Virus record (IMG/VR): IMGVR_UViG_2521172734_000002
Reading direction: 5' to 3' (one strand)
DNA length: 39,005 bases
Source: a virus
Lineage: Duplodnaviria > Heunggongvirae > Uroviricota > Caudoviricetes
Shown here: positions 9,340-19,221 of the stretch, in pieces
Position numbering within the stretch: the first letter of the stretch is position 1
Layout: each line of letters starts with the position of its first letter
Position numbers and translations under genes: made by a program
Notes under the pieces: generated by a model
Database searches by the model: none
Seen by the model: only the letters and a program-made list of their open reading frames with translations
Told to the model about the DNA's origin: nothing

Positions 9340-9765
9340 CTACTTAATTGAGTCCAGTAACAAGTTACAGTTACTCTCATTGTAGAGAGAACGAGCAATT
9401 AGTGTTACCTGCTTTCCATTCATTCCCGGCTTATCCCATAACACAGCTTCTTGCGACGCCACAAATTCAGCATAATCAATTATGCGTTGTTCGTGATCTG
9501 GTTCCTCATAGCCAAAGTATGAGAGCGCATCGTTGTAAGCGTGGTAAGCTGCTTTCTGTAATATCTTGATATCGGCTGTAGGTACTTGCTCCGTGTAGCT
9601 AGGATCTAATTGTGTGCTACTGCCATAGAATGCACATGAAAGGTAAGATATTGATTTCTGTTGAGCTTTAGTTCCTTTCTCATAGTTTTTAGCTGTTACC
9701 GCCTGAACTGGGACGCTAACAAAGCTTGCAACCAGAATTAAAATTAATACGTAAAAGCTTTTCAT
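9340..9765 (-). CDS. Secreted/periplasmic protein of unknown function (cargo)
   Basis: 141-aa ORF with a classic signal peptide (MKSFYVLILILVASFVSVPVQA|VT); AT-rich; opposite strand to surrounding phage genes. Confidence 0.6.
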   Translation of the reverse strand: MKSFYVLILILVASFVSVPVQAVTAKNYEKGTKAQQKSISYLSCAFYGSSTQLDPSYTEQVPTADIKILQKAAYHAYNDALSYFGYEEPDHEQRIIDYAEFVASQEAVLWDKPGMNGKQVTLIARSLYNESNCNLLLDSIK

Positions 9766-10038
9766 TTTGACCTCAGCCGAAACGTTAGAGAGACTATCGA
9801 AATTTGTAAAACCCGTGGCGATTCAGTTTGAGATCCTCCCCCTTACATGATTTTTAATCAAATATATGCTTTTGTAAGCATACCTGTTAACCGAATTATT
9901 TATTTTTAGAGATCTTCCGACATACTGATTATGCCCGCTGAGGAGTTCACCTTGCGTAAGGTCCGATTCGCTTTACTCGTCTGTGAATGTCTATGCTGCA
10001 TGAGATTGCATGATCGTTTGAGGATCGTTTTTGCTAAG

Positions 10039-10062
10039 GCCCGCCAGAACTGGCGGGCTTTT
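10039..10062 (+). terminator. Rho-independent terminator-like hairpin
   Basis: GCCCGCCAG-aa-CTGGCGGGC followed by TTTT. Confidence 0.5.
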
Positions 10063-10107
10063 GCGTAGATCATGCACCTGCATGAAAACCACTACATAAA
10101 GCGGGCA

Positions 10108-10126
10108 GGCGTGGCGGGGATACGAG
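10108..10126. other. Candidate cos (cohesive end) site
   Basis: GGCGTGGCGGGGA matches the first 13 nt of the 186/P2 cohesive-end sequence as I remember it (GGCGTGGCGGGGAAAGCAT); lies between the replication region and Q/P as expected. Confidence 0.35.
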
Positions 10127-10253
10127 CGCGCGCAGAGAGTTAGTTTGGCATTTGAACCTAAGTCATTAGTGATAACTTGGTGTCATTTTTTGGGTTGTAA
10201 ATGATGTAAGTATCCATTTAATATGGATATATCTACTCTTAAGGCGCAGAAAA

Positions 10254-10823
10254 ATGATGGGGCCAATCAAAATTTACTCTTGCGGTACATATCATCCTTG
10301 GCGATATCGAGGAGAGCGAAATCCTCGTTCCGGGGATAGACTTTCAAAGGCAATGATGGATTTGAAGGACGCTTCAAATTCCGGGTATGCAAAGGCTGTT
10401 AATATTTTTACCCAACTTTTAACTTCTAGCCTCCAAAGCTATGTGATTGGTAGGGTTGCTTTTACCGACGTGCCCTTTGAGATAACAATTGTTCCTTCTC
10501 ATGCTGAGGGAAAAGTATCTCAAGCTTTAATAAAAATAGCGCAAGATATTGCGAAAAAATTTCCTAATGCTGTATATAACCAATCATTACAGAGAAAAAC
10601 AACAGTAGTGAGTGCTCATAAGGGGGGCGGAGATCGTTCTGTCGAACATCATATGTCAACAATCGGAGTTACATCCAATGTGGCTGATAAGGTTATTCTC
10701 CTTATTGATGATGTTACTACAACTGGGGGGAGTATGACGGCGTGCTATTATCTGTTAAGATATGCAGGCGCAAAGACAATATTGCCACTGGCGTTACTAG
10801 AAACAGCTAATTATGAGGAGTGA
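10254..10823 (+). CDS. Phosphoribosyltransferase (PRTase)-domain protein, ShosT-like candidate toxin/effector
   Basis: 189-aa ORF with type-I PRTase PRPP-binding motif VILLIDDVTTTGGSM; stop overlaps the start of the DprA-like gene; AT-rich. Confidence 0.65.
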   Translation: MMGPIKIYSCGTYHPWRYRGERNPRSGDRLSKAMMDLKDASNSGYAKAVNIFTQLLTSSLQSYVIGRVAFTDVPFEITIVPSHAEGKVSQALIKIAQDIAKKFPNAVYNQSLQRKTTVVSAHKGGGDRSVEHHMSTIGVTSNVADKVILLIDDVTTTGGSMTACYYLLRYAGAKTILPLALLETANYEE

Positions 10824-11790
10824 AATAATGCACCCTTCCCAATTCAAAATATTGTTAGGTCTATCGGTACAGGTTGATAGACTTGCATCAGAACAAGGGT
10901 TGCTTAAATTATTTAACGATATTCCATTCCATATTATTTCCGATGAATATGAATTGGTTGAGTGTGTTAATTCAGCCGGGATTTTAAAATCCACCTTTTC
11001 TATAGCGTCATTGCATAATGCTGAAGACTATTTGAGCAAGCATTTGTCATTGGGGATTGTTCCAATTCCTTTTGGAGATGCTAAATACCCTATTTGTTTA
11101 GCAATTACGCCAAATCCCCCAGCAATGTTATATTTGAAGGGGGACGTAAATATTCTTAGTGAGATGCCAGGAGTTGCAATTGTTGGTTCTCGTGAAGTTT
11201 CTATGGCAGGGGAAGAAATTACGAAGAGAATTACCACGAAAATCTGTGAAAGAGGTGTGGTGATTGTAAGCGGCCTAGCTATTGGTACTGATACAAATGC
11301 ACACAAGGCAACTCTTAAGGCAGGTGCTAAAACAATTGCTGTATTAGCTCATGGTTTAGAGAGCGCTAAGCCTAAACAAAATGCTAGATTAGCAAATGAA
11401 ATTTTATCTAACGGTGGGGCTTGGATTTCTGAGTATCCTGTAGGGAGGCCTGCATTCAAGCAGTCATTTGTGCAACGCAACAGAATCCAGGTAGGTTTAT
11501 CAGCAGTTTCGATACTAATCGAAGCAGCAAAAAATAGTGGGACAATGACGCAGGCGGATTTTGCTATTAAAGCGGCAAGACCTATTTTTGCTGTTGTACC
11601 GCATAAGGCTGATAATCCACTGGGACTTAATTGCGAAGGAACTCAACAACTTGTTGATAATGAATTGGCTAATCCCTTGCGCACTAGTCAAGACTATGAT
11701 TCACTGATGAATGTAATATCTGAGTCAATAAGCAAAATTAAGATAAATTCTGATATTTATAGATCTAATATGAGTCACTTTCTGATTTAG
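10813..11790 (+). CDS. DprA/Smf-like (SLOG/Rossmann) protein, ShosA-like candidate partner
   Basis: DprA-type motif VGSREVS...VIVSGLAIGTDTNAHKATLKAGAKTIAVLAHGLE; likely true start ATG 10828 after AGGAG (10817-10821). Confidence 0.7.
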   Translation: MRSEIMHPSQFKILLGLSVQVDRLASEQGLLKLFNDIPFHIISDEYELVECVNSAGILKSTFSIASLHNAEDYLSKHLSLGIVPIPFGDAKYPICLAITPNPPAMLYLKGDVNILSEMPGVAIVGSREVSMAGEEITKRITTKICERGVVIVSGLAIGTDTNAHKATLKAGAKTIAVLAHGLESAKPKQNARLANEILSNGGAWISEYPVGRPAFKQSFVQRNRIQVGLSAVSILIEAAKNSGTMTQADFAIKAARPIFAVVPHKADNPLGLNCEGTQQLVDNELANPLRTSQDYDSLMNVISESISKIKINSDIYRSNMSHFLI

Positions 11791-11815
11791 TGGGTAGTTT
11801 TACTACCCATTAAAT

Positions 11816-12850
11816 TTAATTGGATAAATTATATGGAGAAAAGATAATAACTTCTATGTTAAGCCATTCGTTAAGTTCTTGAATCCTTCTTTGCAATGGG
11901 ATTAATTCATTTCTAACAAACACTTTGCTTGCTTTTTCCACATCACCAAAACCCCCAACATTGCTAGGCATAATCCCCATCATCTGAGGCGGCACGCGGT
12001 GGGCAGCCATCATGTCATCCCGGCTCACGTTTTTGATGTTCAGAAACTCATCTTTTGCCGCTACCTCTGACAGTGGGATGATCTGAATACCATCCTTTTT
12101 GCCATTGGGGGAGTACATAAACAGGTTGCGGAAATTGCCTGGACCTTTGGCGCTTTTCATCGCGTTGCGGAGGTTGTTCACATCCTCCTGGTTCTGCGCG
12201 GCATCGGTCATGTACATGATGAAGCCAGCATGACTGCCGTTAATGTAATACTTTCGACGGAACAGCGTGGCGGACTCGTTGAGCAGGGCGGATGGAATGG
12301 CAGAAAGATAACCGGGCAGGCCGTAGATCTCCTGGTTGATGTCCGGTTCCATCAGATGAAAGATACTGCCTTTCGTGAACTGATACGGCTGCGTGGTCAT
12401 GCCGTATTGCACAAACCAGTAGGTATCCAGGTCTAACCCGCGTCGGGTGTATTTTGCCAGGGCCGGTTCAAGGGCGATAACTTCACCGAAGCGGTTCGTG
12501 CGTTTCTCCAGGTAGGCGTTACCAAATACCAGATAGTCCTGCACAAAACGTGAAAAAGCCTGCTGGCTGAGCAGCGGGTGAGGGATGTAGGTGCTGGTCA
12601 GAATGTTGCACTTTACTGCAATCGGTGAGCTGTGATGCACGGCGGCGCGAAAGGTGCGCGCCAGCCCGTCGAAACTCACTGGCGGCTCATACCAACGATC
12701 TGTCTGTACGCATTCCACATAGTCCAGCAGTTCGCGGCGGTCCAGTACAGGAATGGGATCGCCAAAGCTGAATGCTTCGGCTGAAGTCTGGCTTTTATGC
12801 TGGGTCTGGTTCTGTGACGCAGCGCGGTTCTTCTTACTCTTTCCCATCAA
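11816..12850 (-). CDS. Q: Portal protein (P2 gpQ-like)
   Basis: 344-aa ORF collinear with the P2 Q protein; overlaps the P start; leftward Q-P operon. Confidence 0.9.
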   Translation of the reverse strand: MMGKSKKNRAASQNQTQHKSQTSAEAFSFGDPIPVLDRRELLDYVECVQTDRWYEPPVSFDGLARTFRAAVHHSSPIAVKCNILTSTYIPHPLLSQQAFSRFVQDYLVFGNAYLEKRTNRFGEVIALEPALAKYTRRGLDLDTYWFVQYGMTTQPYQFTKGSIFHLMEPDINQEIYGLPGYLSAIPSALLNESATLFRRKYYINGSHAGFIMYMTDAAQNQEDVNNLRNAMKSAKGPGNFRNLFMYSPNGKKDGIQIIPLSEVAAKDEFLNIKNVSRDDMMAAHRVPPQMMGIMPSNVGGFGDVEKASKVFVRNELIPLQRRIQELNEWLNIEVIIFSPYNLSN

Positions 12851-14613
12851 AAAATCTCCACAATATTGCTGGTATTGGCGGATTCGCCCTGCAGCGGTTC
12901 GTTAAACAATGCGTGCATCGTTGCCCAGGCCAGATCGGCGTGGCTGGCTTCTTCGCTGCGGCTGGCTTCATAGGTCGGGCGGTTGCCGCTGGCGGTGGTG
13001 GCGCGACGGATTGCCATGAATGACTGCGCAATGTCGGTGTGCCCGGCGTCAAACTCCAGACGGCGGTGGCTGATAATGTCGTAGGCCTTGAGTACCAGGG
13101 CGTTTTTAACGTTGGGGTTGTAGACAAACTCCCGGACGGCTGGAAAAAACGCTTTCACGTTCTCGTAAACCCCGTGGCCGACGCCAGTTGAGTCGATGCC
13201 GATGTATGTCACGTTGTACTGTTCGGTCAGTTTTTTGATGGCGTCAGCCTGGGCGCGGAAGTCCATCCCGCGCCACTGGTGACGCTCAAGAATGCGGAAC
13301 TTACCGCCCGGCACGGCTGGCGGTGCCACCACCACGCACCCGGCGCTGTCGCCGTTTTGCGTACCTTTTGCCGGGTCATAACCGATCCACACTTCGCGCC
13401 AGCCAAACGGGCGCAGGGCCAGTGCATGAAAGTCGGTCCAGACTTCCCAGCTGTCCACCATGCACGCCTGCAGCTCGCTGAGCGGGAACACGGACGCGAG
13501 ATCGTCCACGAATTCACACATCAGCAGGTTCTGGTATTCGTCCGGGCTGTATTCCATGCGCAACTGGTCAAGGTCGAACAGGTTACAGCCGCCGCGCACC
13601 GCATCTTCCACGGTGACTATCTGGCGGTATTGCCCGTCTGCACACAGCAGGCCTGGAGCCAGATTGCTGTGGGACAGGTCGATGTCCACCTTGTCGGCTT
13701 TATTGCGCCCACGGTTGAATAGCGCACCGGACCAGAACGGATAAGCACTGTGTGTCAGGCTGGATGGCGTGGAAAAATAGGTTTGTCGCCATTTTTTGTG
13801 AATAGCCATACCGGAAGCCACTTTGCGCAGCTCCTGGAATTTCGGTATCCAGAAATATTCATCCAGATACAGGTTGCCGTGGTAACTCTGGGCCGTGCGG
13901 GCATTGGTGCCGAGGAAATACAGTGTGGCCCCGTTGGGAAGCACCATCGGATCGCCTTTCAGCTCCACTTCCACTTCTTTGGCGAAGTCGATGATGTACT
14001 GCTTAAAGACGTGGGCCTGTGCCTTGCTGGCGGAAAGGAAAATCTGGTTACGTCCGGTAAGCAGAGCGTCAATCAGGGCTTCACGGGCAAAGTAAAAGGT
14101 CGCGCCGATCTGGCGTGACTTCAGCAGGTTGCGGATGCGGTTGGTTTTTCCGGCTTCCCACCAGTGGCGCTGGTAGTTGAACATGGAGGAATGGAAGATT
14201 TCTTCCAGCTTCTCAATCTGCTCATCGGTGAAAACATTCTTTTCCGGCTGACGGCGCGGGCCTTTGTTGCGGTTGGCGACGTTAGGGTTTAAGTCGGCTT
14301 CGTTGCCGCCATTGTTAAACTTGCCGATCCGCGCGTGGCGTTCCGACTGGCGCGCCAGCAGGTCAATCTCTTTGAAATCTTTCCCTTCTTTGTGCTCCTT
14401 CATAATGAGCTGGCAGTAGCGTGCGGCGGTGGTGAGCTGCATCTGATCCAGCGGCCCATAGTCACCCCACTTGTCGCGTTTCTTCCAGCTGTGAACGGTT
14501 GCAACTTTCTCGCCCAGCATTTCAGCAATGCGGGCTACACGGTATCCCTGAAAGTACAGCAGCATGGCCTGCCGACGGGGATCGAGATCTGCGGGTGTCA
14601 GTGTGGTGTTCAT
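12847..14613 (-). CDS. P: Terminase large (ATPase) subunit (P2 gpP-like)
   Basis: 588-aa ORF, position and length typical of P2 gpP; divergent from O. Confidence 0.9.
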   Translation of the reverse strand: MNTTLTPADLDPRRQAMLLYFQGYRVARIAEMLGEKVATVHSWKKRDKWGDYGPLDQMQLTTAARYCQLIMKEHKEGKDFKEIDLLARQSERHARIGKFNNGGNEADLNPNVANRNKGPRRQPEKNVFTDEQIEKLEEIFHSSMFNYQRHWWEAGKTNRIRNLLKSRQIGATFYFAREALIDALLTGRNQIFLSASKAQAHVFKQYIIDFAKEVEVELKGDPMVLPNGATLYFLGTNARTAQSYHGNLYLDEYFWIPKFQELRKVASGMAIHKKWRQTYFSTPSSLTHSAYPFWSGALFNRGRNKADKVDIDLSHSNLAPGLLCADGQYRQIVTVEDAVRGGCNLFDLDQLRMEYSPDEYQNLLMCEFVDDLASVFPLSELQACMVDSWEVWTDFHALALRPFGWREVWIGYDPAKGTQNGDSAGCVVVAPPAVPGGKFRILERHQWRGMDFRAQADAIKKLTEQYNVTYIGIDSTGVGHGVYENVKAFFPAVREFVYNPNVKNALVLKAYDIISHRRLEFDAGHTDIAQSFMAIRRATTASGNRPTYEASRSEEASHADLAWATMHALFNEPLQGESANTSNIVEIF

Positions 14614-14755
14614 GGCACAAACCTACAGCCTTGAATGAAGGCTTTCCCCGCCTGCGGTTTGTGTGGTAGTCGGTACAAATACCGCGCATTGTTTCACTGC
14701 CCCCATCACCGCAACCATAAGGCTCCAGTAAGTTTTTTCTAACGGAGCACGGCTC

Positions 14756-15589
14756 ATGACAGTGAAAGCAAAGCGTTTTCGCATCGGGGTGGAAGGTGCC
14801 ACCACCGACGGACGCGAAATCCAGCGTGAATGGCTGGAACAGATGGCAGCCAGCTACAACCCGGCGGTGTACACCGCGCTGATTAACCTTGAGCACATCA
14901 AGTCTTATCTGCCGGACAGCACCTTTAACCGCTACGGCAAGGTGACGGCGCTGTTTGCTGAAGAAATCACGGAAGGCCCGCTGGCGGGCAAGATGGCACT
15001 GTATGCCGACGTTGAGCCAACGGAGTCCCTGGTGGAACTGGTGAAAAAAGGCCAGAAATTATTCACCTCTATGGAAGTCAGCCCGAAGTTTGCAGATACG
15101 GGCAAAGCCTACCTGGTCGGCCTGGCTGCTACAGATGACCCTGCCAGTCTGGGCACTGAAATGCTGACATTCAGCGCCAGTGCAGCCCATAACCCGCTGG
15201 CAAACCGCAAGCAGAATCCTGCCAATCTCTTTACCGCTGCAGAGGAAACGGTGATCGAACTGGAAGAAATCCAGGATGACAAACCGTCCCTGTTTTCCCG
15301 CGTCACGGCGCTGTTCACCAAAAAAGAGCAGTCAGACGATGCCCGGTTCTCTGATGTGCATAAGGCCGTGGAGCTGGTCGCCACTGAGCAGCAAAACCTG
15401 AGTGCGCGCACCGAAAAATCCCTGTCTGAACAGGAAGAACGCCTGTCTGAGCTTGAGACAGCCCTGCAGGCACAGCAGACCGCCTTTAACGAACTGGTGG
15501 ACAAGCTGAGCCATGAAGACAGCCGCCAGGACTACCGCCAGCGTGCAACAGGCGGTAACGCCCCCGCTGACACTCTGACCAATTGCTGA
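14756..15589 (+). CDS. O: Capsid scaffolding protein (P2 gpO-like)
   Basis: 277-aa ORF; RFRIGVEGATTDGREI...LVGLAATDDPASLGTE closely resembles gpO. Confidence 0.9.
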   Translation: MTVKAKRFRIGVEGATTDGREIQREWLEQMAASYNPAVYTALINLEHIKSYLPDSTFNRYGKVTALFAEEITEGPLAGKMALYADVEPTESLVELVKKGQKLFTSMEVSPKFADTGKAYLVGLAATDDPASLGTEMLTFSASAAHNPLANRKQNPANLFTAAEETVIELEEIQDDKPSLFSRVTALFTKKEQSDDARFSDVHKAVELVATEQQNLSARTEKSLSEQEERLSELETALQAQQTAFNELVDKLSHEDSRQDYRQRATGGNAPADTLTNC

Positions 15590-15605
15590 TGGAGCACAAA
15601 ACCTG

Positions 15606-16664
15606 ATGAAGAAGAATACCCGCTTTGCTTTTAACGCTTACCTGCAGCAGCTGGCGCGTCTGAACGGTGTGGCAGTTGAAGAACTGTCCAGCAAGTTCAC
15701 CGTAGAGCCGTCCGTGCAGCAGACGCTGGAAGACCAGATCCAGCAGTCCGCCGCATTCCTGACGCTGATTAACGTCACGCCAGTGACTGAGCAGTCCGGT
15801 CAGCTGCTTGGATTGGGTGTTGGCAGCACCATTGCCGGAACCACTGATACCACCGCGAAAGAGCGTGAGCCTGTCGATCCGACGCTGATGGTCGATGTGG
15901 AATATAAATGCGAGCAGACCAACTTTGACACGGTGCTGACCTACGCGAAGCTGGATCTGTGGGCGAAGTTTCAGGATTTCCAGGTGCGCATCCGTGACGC
16001 CATCGTGAAACGTCAGGCACTGGACCGCATCATGATCGGCTTTAACGGCGTGAAGCGTGCGAAAACCTCCAACCGTAGCGAAAACCCGCTGCTGCAGGAT
16101 GTGAACAAAGGCTGGCTGCAGAAAATCCGTGAGGATGCACCGGATCACGTCATGGGCAGCACCACCACGGGCGGTGAAACCACTCCGGGGGCGGTGAAAG
16201 TCGGGAAAGGTGGCGAATATGCCAACCTGGACGCCGTGGTGATGGATGCCGTTAATGAGCTTATCGACGTGGTCTACCAGGACGATGACGATCTGGTGGT
16301 GATTTGTGGTCGTGAACTGCTGTCTGACAAGTATTTCCCGCTGGTCAACAAAGAGCAGGAAAACAGTGAAAAACTGGCTGCCGATATGATCATCAGCCAG
16401 AAACGCATGGGTGGCCTGCAGGCCGTGCGTGCGCCATTCTTCCCGCCGAATGCGCTGCTGATCACCCGTCTGGATAACCTGTCCATCTACTGGCAGGAAG
16501 ACACCCGCCGCCGTTCAGTTATCGACAACCCGAAACGTGACCGGATTGAAAACTTTGAATCCGTTAACGAAGCCTATGTGGTTGAGGACTACCGCTGCGC
16601 CGCACTGGTGGAAAACATCCAGATTGGCGACTTCAGCGCCGCCGCAGCAGAAACCGGAGCGTAA
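15606..16664 (+). CDS. N: Major capsid protein (P2 gpN-like)
   Basis: 352-aa ORF immediately after O; typical size and position. Confidence 0.9.
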   Translation: MKKNTRFAFNAYLQQLARLNGVAVEELSSKFTVEPSVQQTLEDQIQQSAAFLTLINVTPVTEQSGQLLGLGVGSTIAGTTDTTAKEREPVDPTLMVDVEYKCEQTNFDTVLTYAKLDLWAKFQDFQVRIRDAIVKRQALDRIMIGFNGVKRAKTSNRSENPLLQDVNKGWLQKIREDAPDHVMGSTTTGGETTPGAVKVGKGGEYANLDAVVMDAVNELIDVVYQDDDDLVVICGRELLSDKYFPLVNKEQENSEKLAADMIISQKRMGGLQAVRAPFFPPNALLITRLDNLSIYWQEDTRRRSVIDNPKRDRIENFESVNEAYVVEDYRCAALVENIQIGDFSAAAAETGA

Positions 16665-16667
16665 TCC

Positions 16668-17318
16668 ATGAGCCTGAGTCCCGCACGGCAGCATCGCCTG
16701 CGCGTTCAGGCTGAACAGGCCGCCCGTGAGGGTGGCAGTGTTCGCCACGCGTCGGGCTATGACCTGATGCTGCTGCAACTGGCAGAAGACCGCCGCCGTC
16801 TCAAGGGCGTTCAGTCCACGGTGAAAAAAGCGGAAATCAAGGTGGAGCTGCTGCCGAAATATGCCGCCTGGGCGGAGGGCGTCCTGGCTGCCGGAGGCGC
16901 TCAACAGGATGACGTGCTGATGTACGTGATGCTGTGGCGCATTGATGCCGGAGATTATGCCGGGGCGCTGGAGATCGGGCGTCATGCCCTGCGTCATGGC
17001 TGGGTGATGCCGCTGGGTAACCGCAACGTGCAGACCGTGCTGGCAGAGGAAATGGCAGACGCCGCGCAGAGCGCAATACTTGCCGCCACCGGCTTTGATG
17101 CCGATCTGTTGTTGCAGACGCTGGAGCTGACAGACGGTCTGGATATGCCGGACCAGTCACGGGCGCGTCTGCATAAAGCGATTGGCGCTGTCCTGAGTGA
17201 AAGCAATCCGGCTTCCGCCCTTAATCATCTCAACCATGCGTTACAGCTCGATCCCCGCTGTGGCGTGAAAAAAGACAAACAGCAGCTGGAGCGCAGACTG
17301 CGCAATGACAGCCGCTGA
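16668..17318 (+). CDS. M: Terminase small/endonuclease subunit (P2 gpM-like)
   Basis: 216-aa ORF following N. Confidence 0.85.
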   Translation: MSLSPARQHRLRVQAEQAAREGGSVRHASGYDLMLLQLAEDRRRLKGVQSTVKKAEIKVELLPKYAAWAEGVLAAGGAQQDDVLMYVMLWRIDAGDYAGALEIGRHALRHGWVMPLGNRNVQTVLAEEMADAAQSAILAATGFDADLLLQTLELTDGLDMPDQSRARLHKAIGAVLSESNPASALNHLNHALQLDPRCGVKKDKQQLERRLRNDSR

Positions 17319-17413
17319 CAGAACGTGCCCCCGCGCACGGGCGGCACGGGGTGGCGAAAGGCACTGCCACATCAAAACCCCGTCCACCGCCCTCTATTTC
17401 AGGAGAAAGCAGC

Positions 17414-17878
17414 ATGAAGTTTGTTGCGCCAGAACAGGCACCGGAACAGGCGGAAATCATCAGGAATACGCCGTTCTGGCCTGATGTGGACTTGTCGGAG
17501 TTTCGCAGTGTCATGCGCACTGACGGCACGGTGACGCAGCCGCGTTTAAAGCAGGTTGCGCTGTCGGCAATTTCGGAGGTCAACGCAGAGCTGTATGAGT
17601 TTCGCAGACGTCAGCAGATGCTGGGGTATGCGTCGCTGGCTGAGGTTCCGGCGGAACAGCTGGACGGCAAAAGTGAGCGCATTCAGCATTATTTCAACGC
17701 GGTTTACTGCTGGGCACGCGCCATGCTCAACGAACGTTACCAGGACTATGACGCCACGGCGTCCGGTGTGAAGCGGGGCGAGGAACTGGCGGAAGCAAGC
17801 GGTGATTTGTGGCGTGACGCCCGCTGGGCCATCAGCCGGGTGCACGATGCGCCGCACTGCACAGTGGAGCTTATCTGA
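17414..17878 (+). CDS. L: Head completion/stabilisation protein (P2 gpL-like)
   Basis: Start at ATG 17414 after AGGAG RBS (MKFVAPEQ...); 154 aa. Confidence 0.8.
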   Translation: MKFVAPEQAPEQAEIIRNTPFWPDVDLSEFRSVMRTDGTVTQPRLKQVALSAISEVNAELYEFRRRQQMLGYASLAEVPAEQLDGKSERIQHYFNAVYCWARAMLNERYQDYDATASGVKRGEELAEASGDLWRDARWAISRVHDAPHCTVELI

Positions 17879-18081
17879 TGAAAGTGCGTGCGCATCAGTA
17901 TGACACGGTGGACGCGCTTTGCTGGCGTCATTACGGGCGCACGCAGGGTGTCACGGAGCAGGTACTGAAGGCAAATCCGGGGCTTGCCGAATACGGCCCC
18001 TTTTTACCTCACGGGCTGCAGGTGGAGCTGCCGGACATTCCGACCACCACCACCGTGCAGACCGTCCAGCTATGGGACTGA
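17878..18081 (+). CDS. X: Tail protein X (P2 gpX-like)
   Basis: 67-aa ORF; ...LCWRHYGRTQGVTEQVLKANPGLAE... resembles gpX. Confidence 0.8.
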   Translation: MKVRAHQYDTVDALCWRHYGRTQGVTEQVLKANPGLAEYGPFLPHGLQVELPDIPTTTTVQTVQLWD

Positions 18082-18084
18082 ATT

Positions 18085-18300
18085 ATGACGCTTGAGCGAA
18101 TCAGCGCCTTTATCACGTATTGCATCGCCGTCGTGCTGGCCTGGCTGGGCGATTTGTCCATCAAGGATGCCTCAACGCTGGGCGGCCTGATGATTGGTGT
18201 GCTGATGCTGGCTATCAACTGGTACTACAAACACAAAGCCTACCAGCTTCTGCGCGACGGGCAGATCTCGCGGGAGGACTATGAATCCATCAATCGTTAA
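18085..18300 (+). CDS. Holin
   Basis: 71-aa ORF with two hydrophobic helices and a charged C-terminus; precedes the endolysin. Confidence 0.75.
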   Translation: MTLERISAFITYCIAVVLAWLGDLSIKDASTLGGLMIGVLMLAINWYYKHKAYQLLRDGQISREDYESINR

Positions 18301-18796
18301 ACGCTGCCTTGTCGGGGCCGTGCTGGCTATTGCTGCCACGCTGCCGGGTTTTCAGCAGCTTCACACCTCCGTGGAAGGGCTGAAACTGATTGCCGATTAC
18401 GAAGGTTGTCGTCTGCAGCCGTATCAGTGCAGCGCGGGTGTCTGGACCGACGGCATTGGTAATACGTCGGGCGTCATTCCCGGCAAAACCATTACGGAGC
18501 GACAGGCAGCAGAAGGGCTGATCTCCAACGTGCTGCGTGTGGAGCGGGCGCTGGAAAGGTGTGTGAAGCAACAGCCGCCGCAGAAGGTGTATGACGCTGC
18601 GGTGTCGTTTGCCTTCAACGTGGGTACGGGCAATGCCTGCAGTTCCACGCTGGTGAAATTGCTCAATCAGCGGCGCTGGGCGGATGCGTGCCGACAGTTG
18701 CCGCGCTGGGTTTATGTGAAAGGTGTTTTTAATCAGGGGCTGGATAACCGCCGTGCGCGGGAGATGGCCTGGTGCCTTAAAGGAGCTGGACTATGA
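18281..18796 (+). CDS. Endolysin (lysozyme family, probable signal-anchor-release type)
   Basis: 171-aa ORF; N-terminal hydrophobic SAR-like segment (VKRCLVGAVLAIAATLPGF) followed by E...D...T catalytic-triad context (EGCRLQPYQCSAGVWTDGIGNT). Confidence 0.8.
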   Translation: MNPSIVKRCLVGAVLAIAATLPGFQQLHTSVEGLKLIADYEGCRLQPYQCSAGVWTDGIGNTSGVIPGKTITERQAAEGLISNVLRVERALERCVKQQPPQKVYDAAVSFAFNVGTGNACSSTLVKLLNQRRWADACRQLPRWVYVKGVFNQGLDNRRAREMAWCLKGAGL

Positions 18797-19221
18797 CGCG
18801 TGCGCTGGCAGTAGTGGTGGCGCTGGCACTCGTTGCGCTGGGCTGGCAGTCGTGGCGGCTTAACAGCGCCAGCCACACCATCGAAACGCAGCGCGCGGCG
18901 CTGAAAAGTAAAGCGCAGGAACTGACGAAGAAAAACAGCCAGCTGATCGGTCTGTCCATTCTGGCTGAAACCAACAACCGGGAGCAGGCGCGGCTCTACG
19001 CCGAAGCTGAACAAACCAGCGCACTGCTGAGACAACGACAACACCGGATTGAGGAACTGAAACGTGAGAACGAGGATTTACGCCGCTGGGCTGATACTCC
19101 TTTGCCTGCTGACATTATCCGGCTGCGAAAACGTCCGGTATTCACCGGAGGTGCAGCTTACCGTCAGTGGTTGTCCGCGAGTGACGCCGTGTCGGCTGGA
19201 TCAGGCCGCGCCGCGCACTAA
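18793..19221 (+). CDS. lysB: i-spanin (LysB/Rz-like)
   Basis: 142-aa ORF with N-terminal TM helix and coiled-coil periplasmic region; downstream of the endolysin. Confidence 0.7.
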   Translation: MTRALAVVVALALVALGWQSWRLNSASHTIETQRAALKSKAQELTKKNSQLIGLSILAETNNREQARLYAEAEQTSALLRQRQHRIEELKRENEDLRRWADTPLPADIIRLRKRPVFTGGAAYRQWLSASDAVSAGSGRAAH

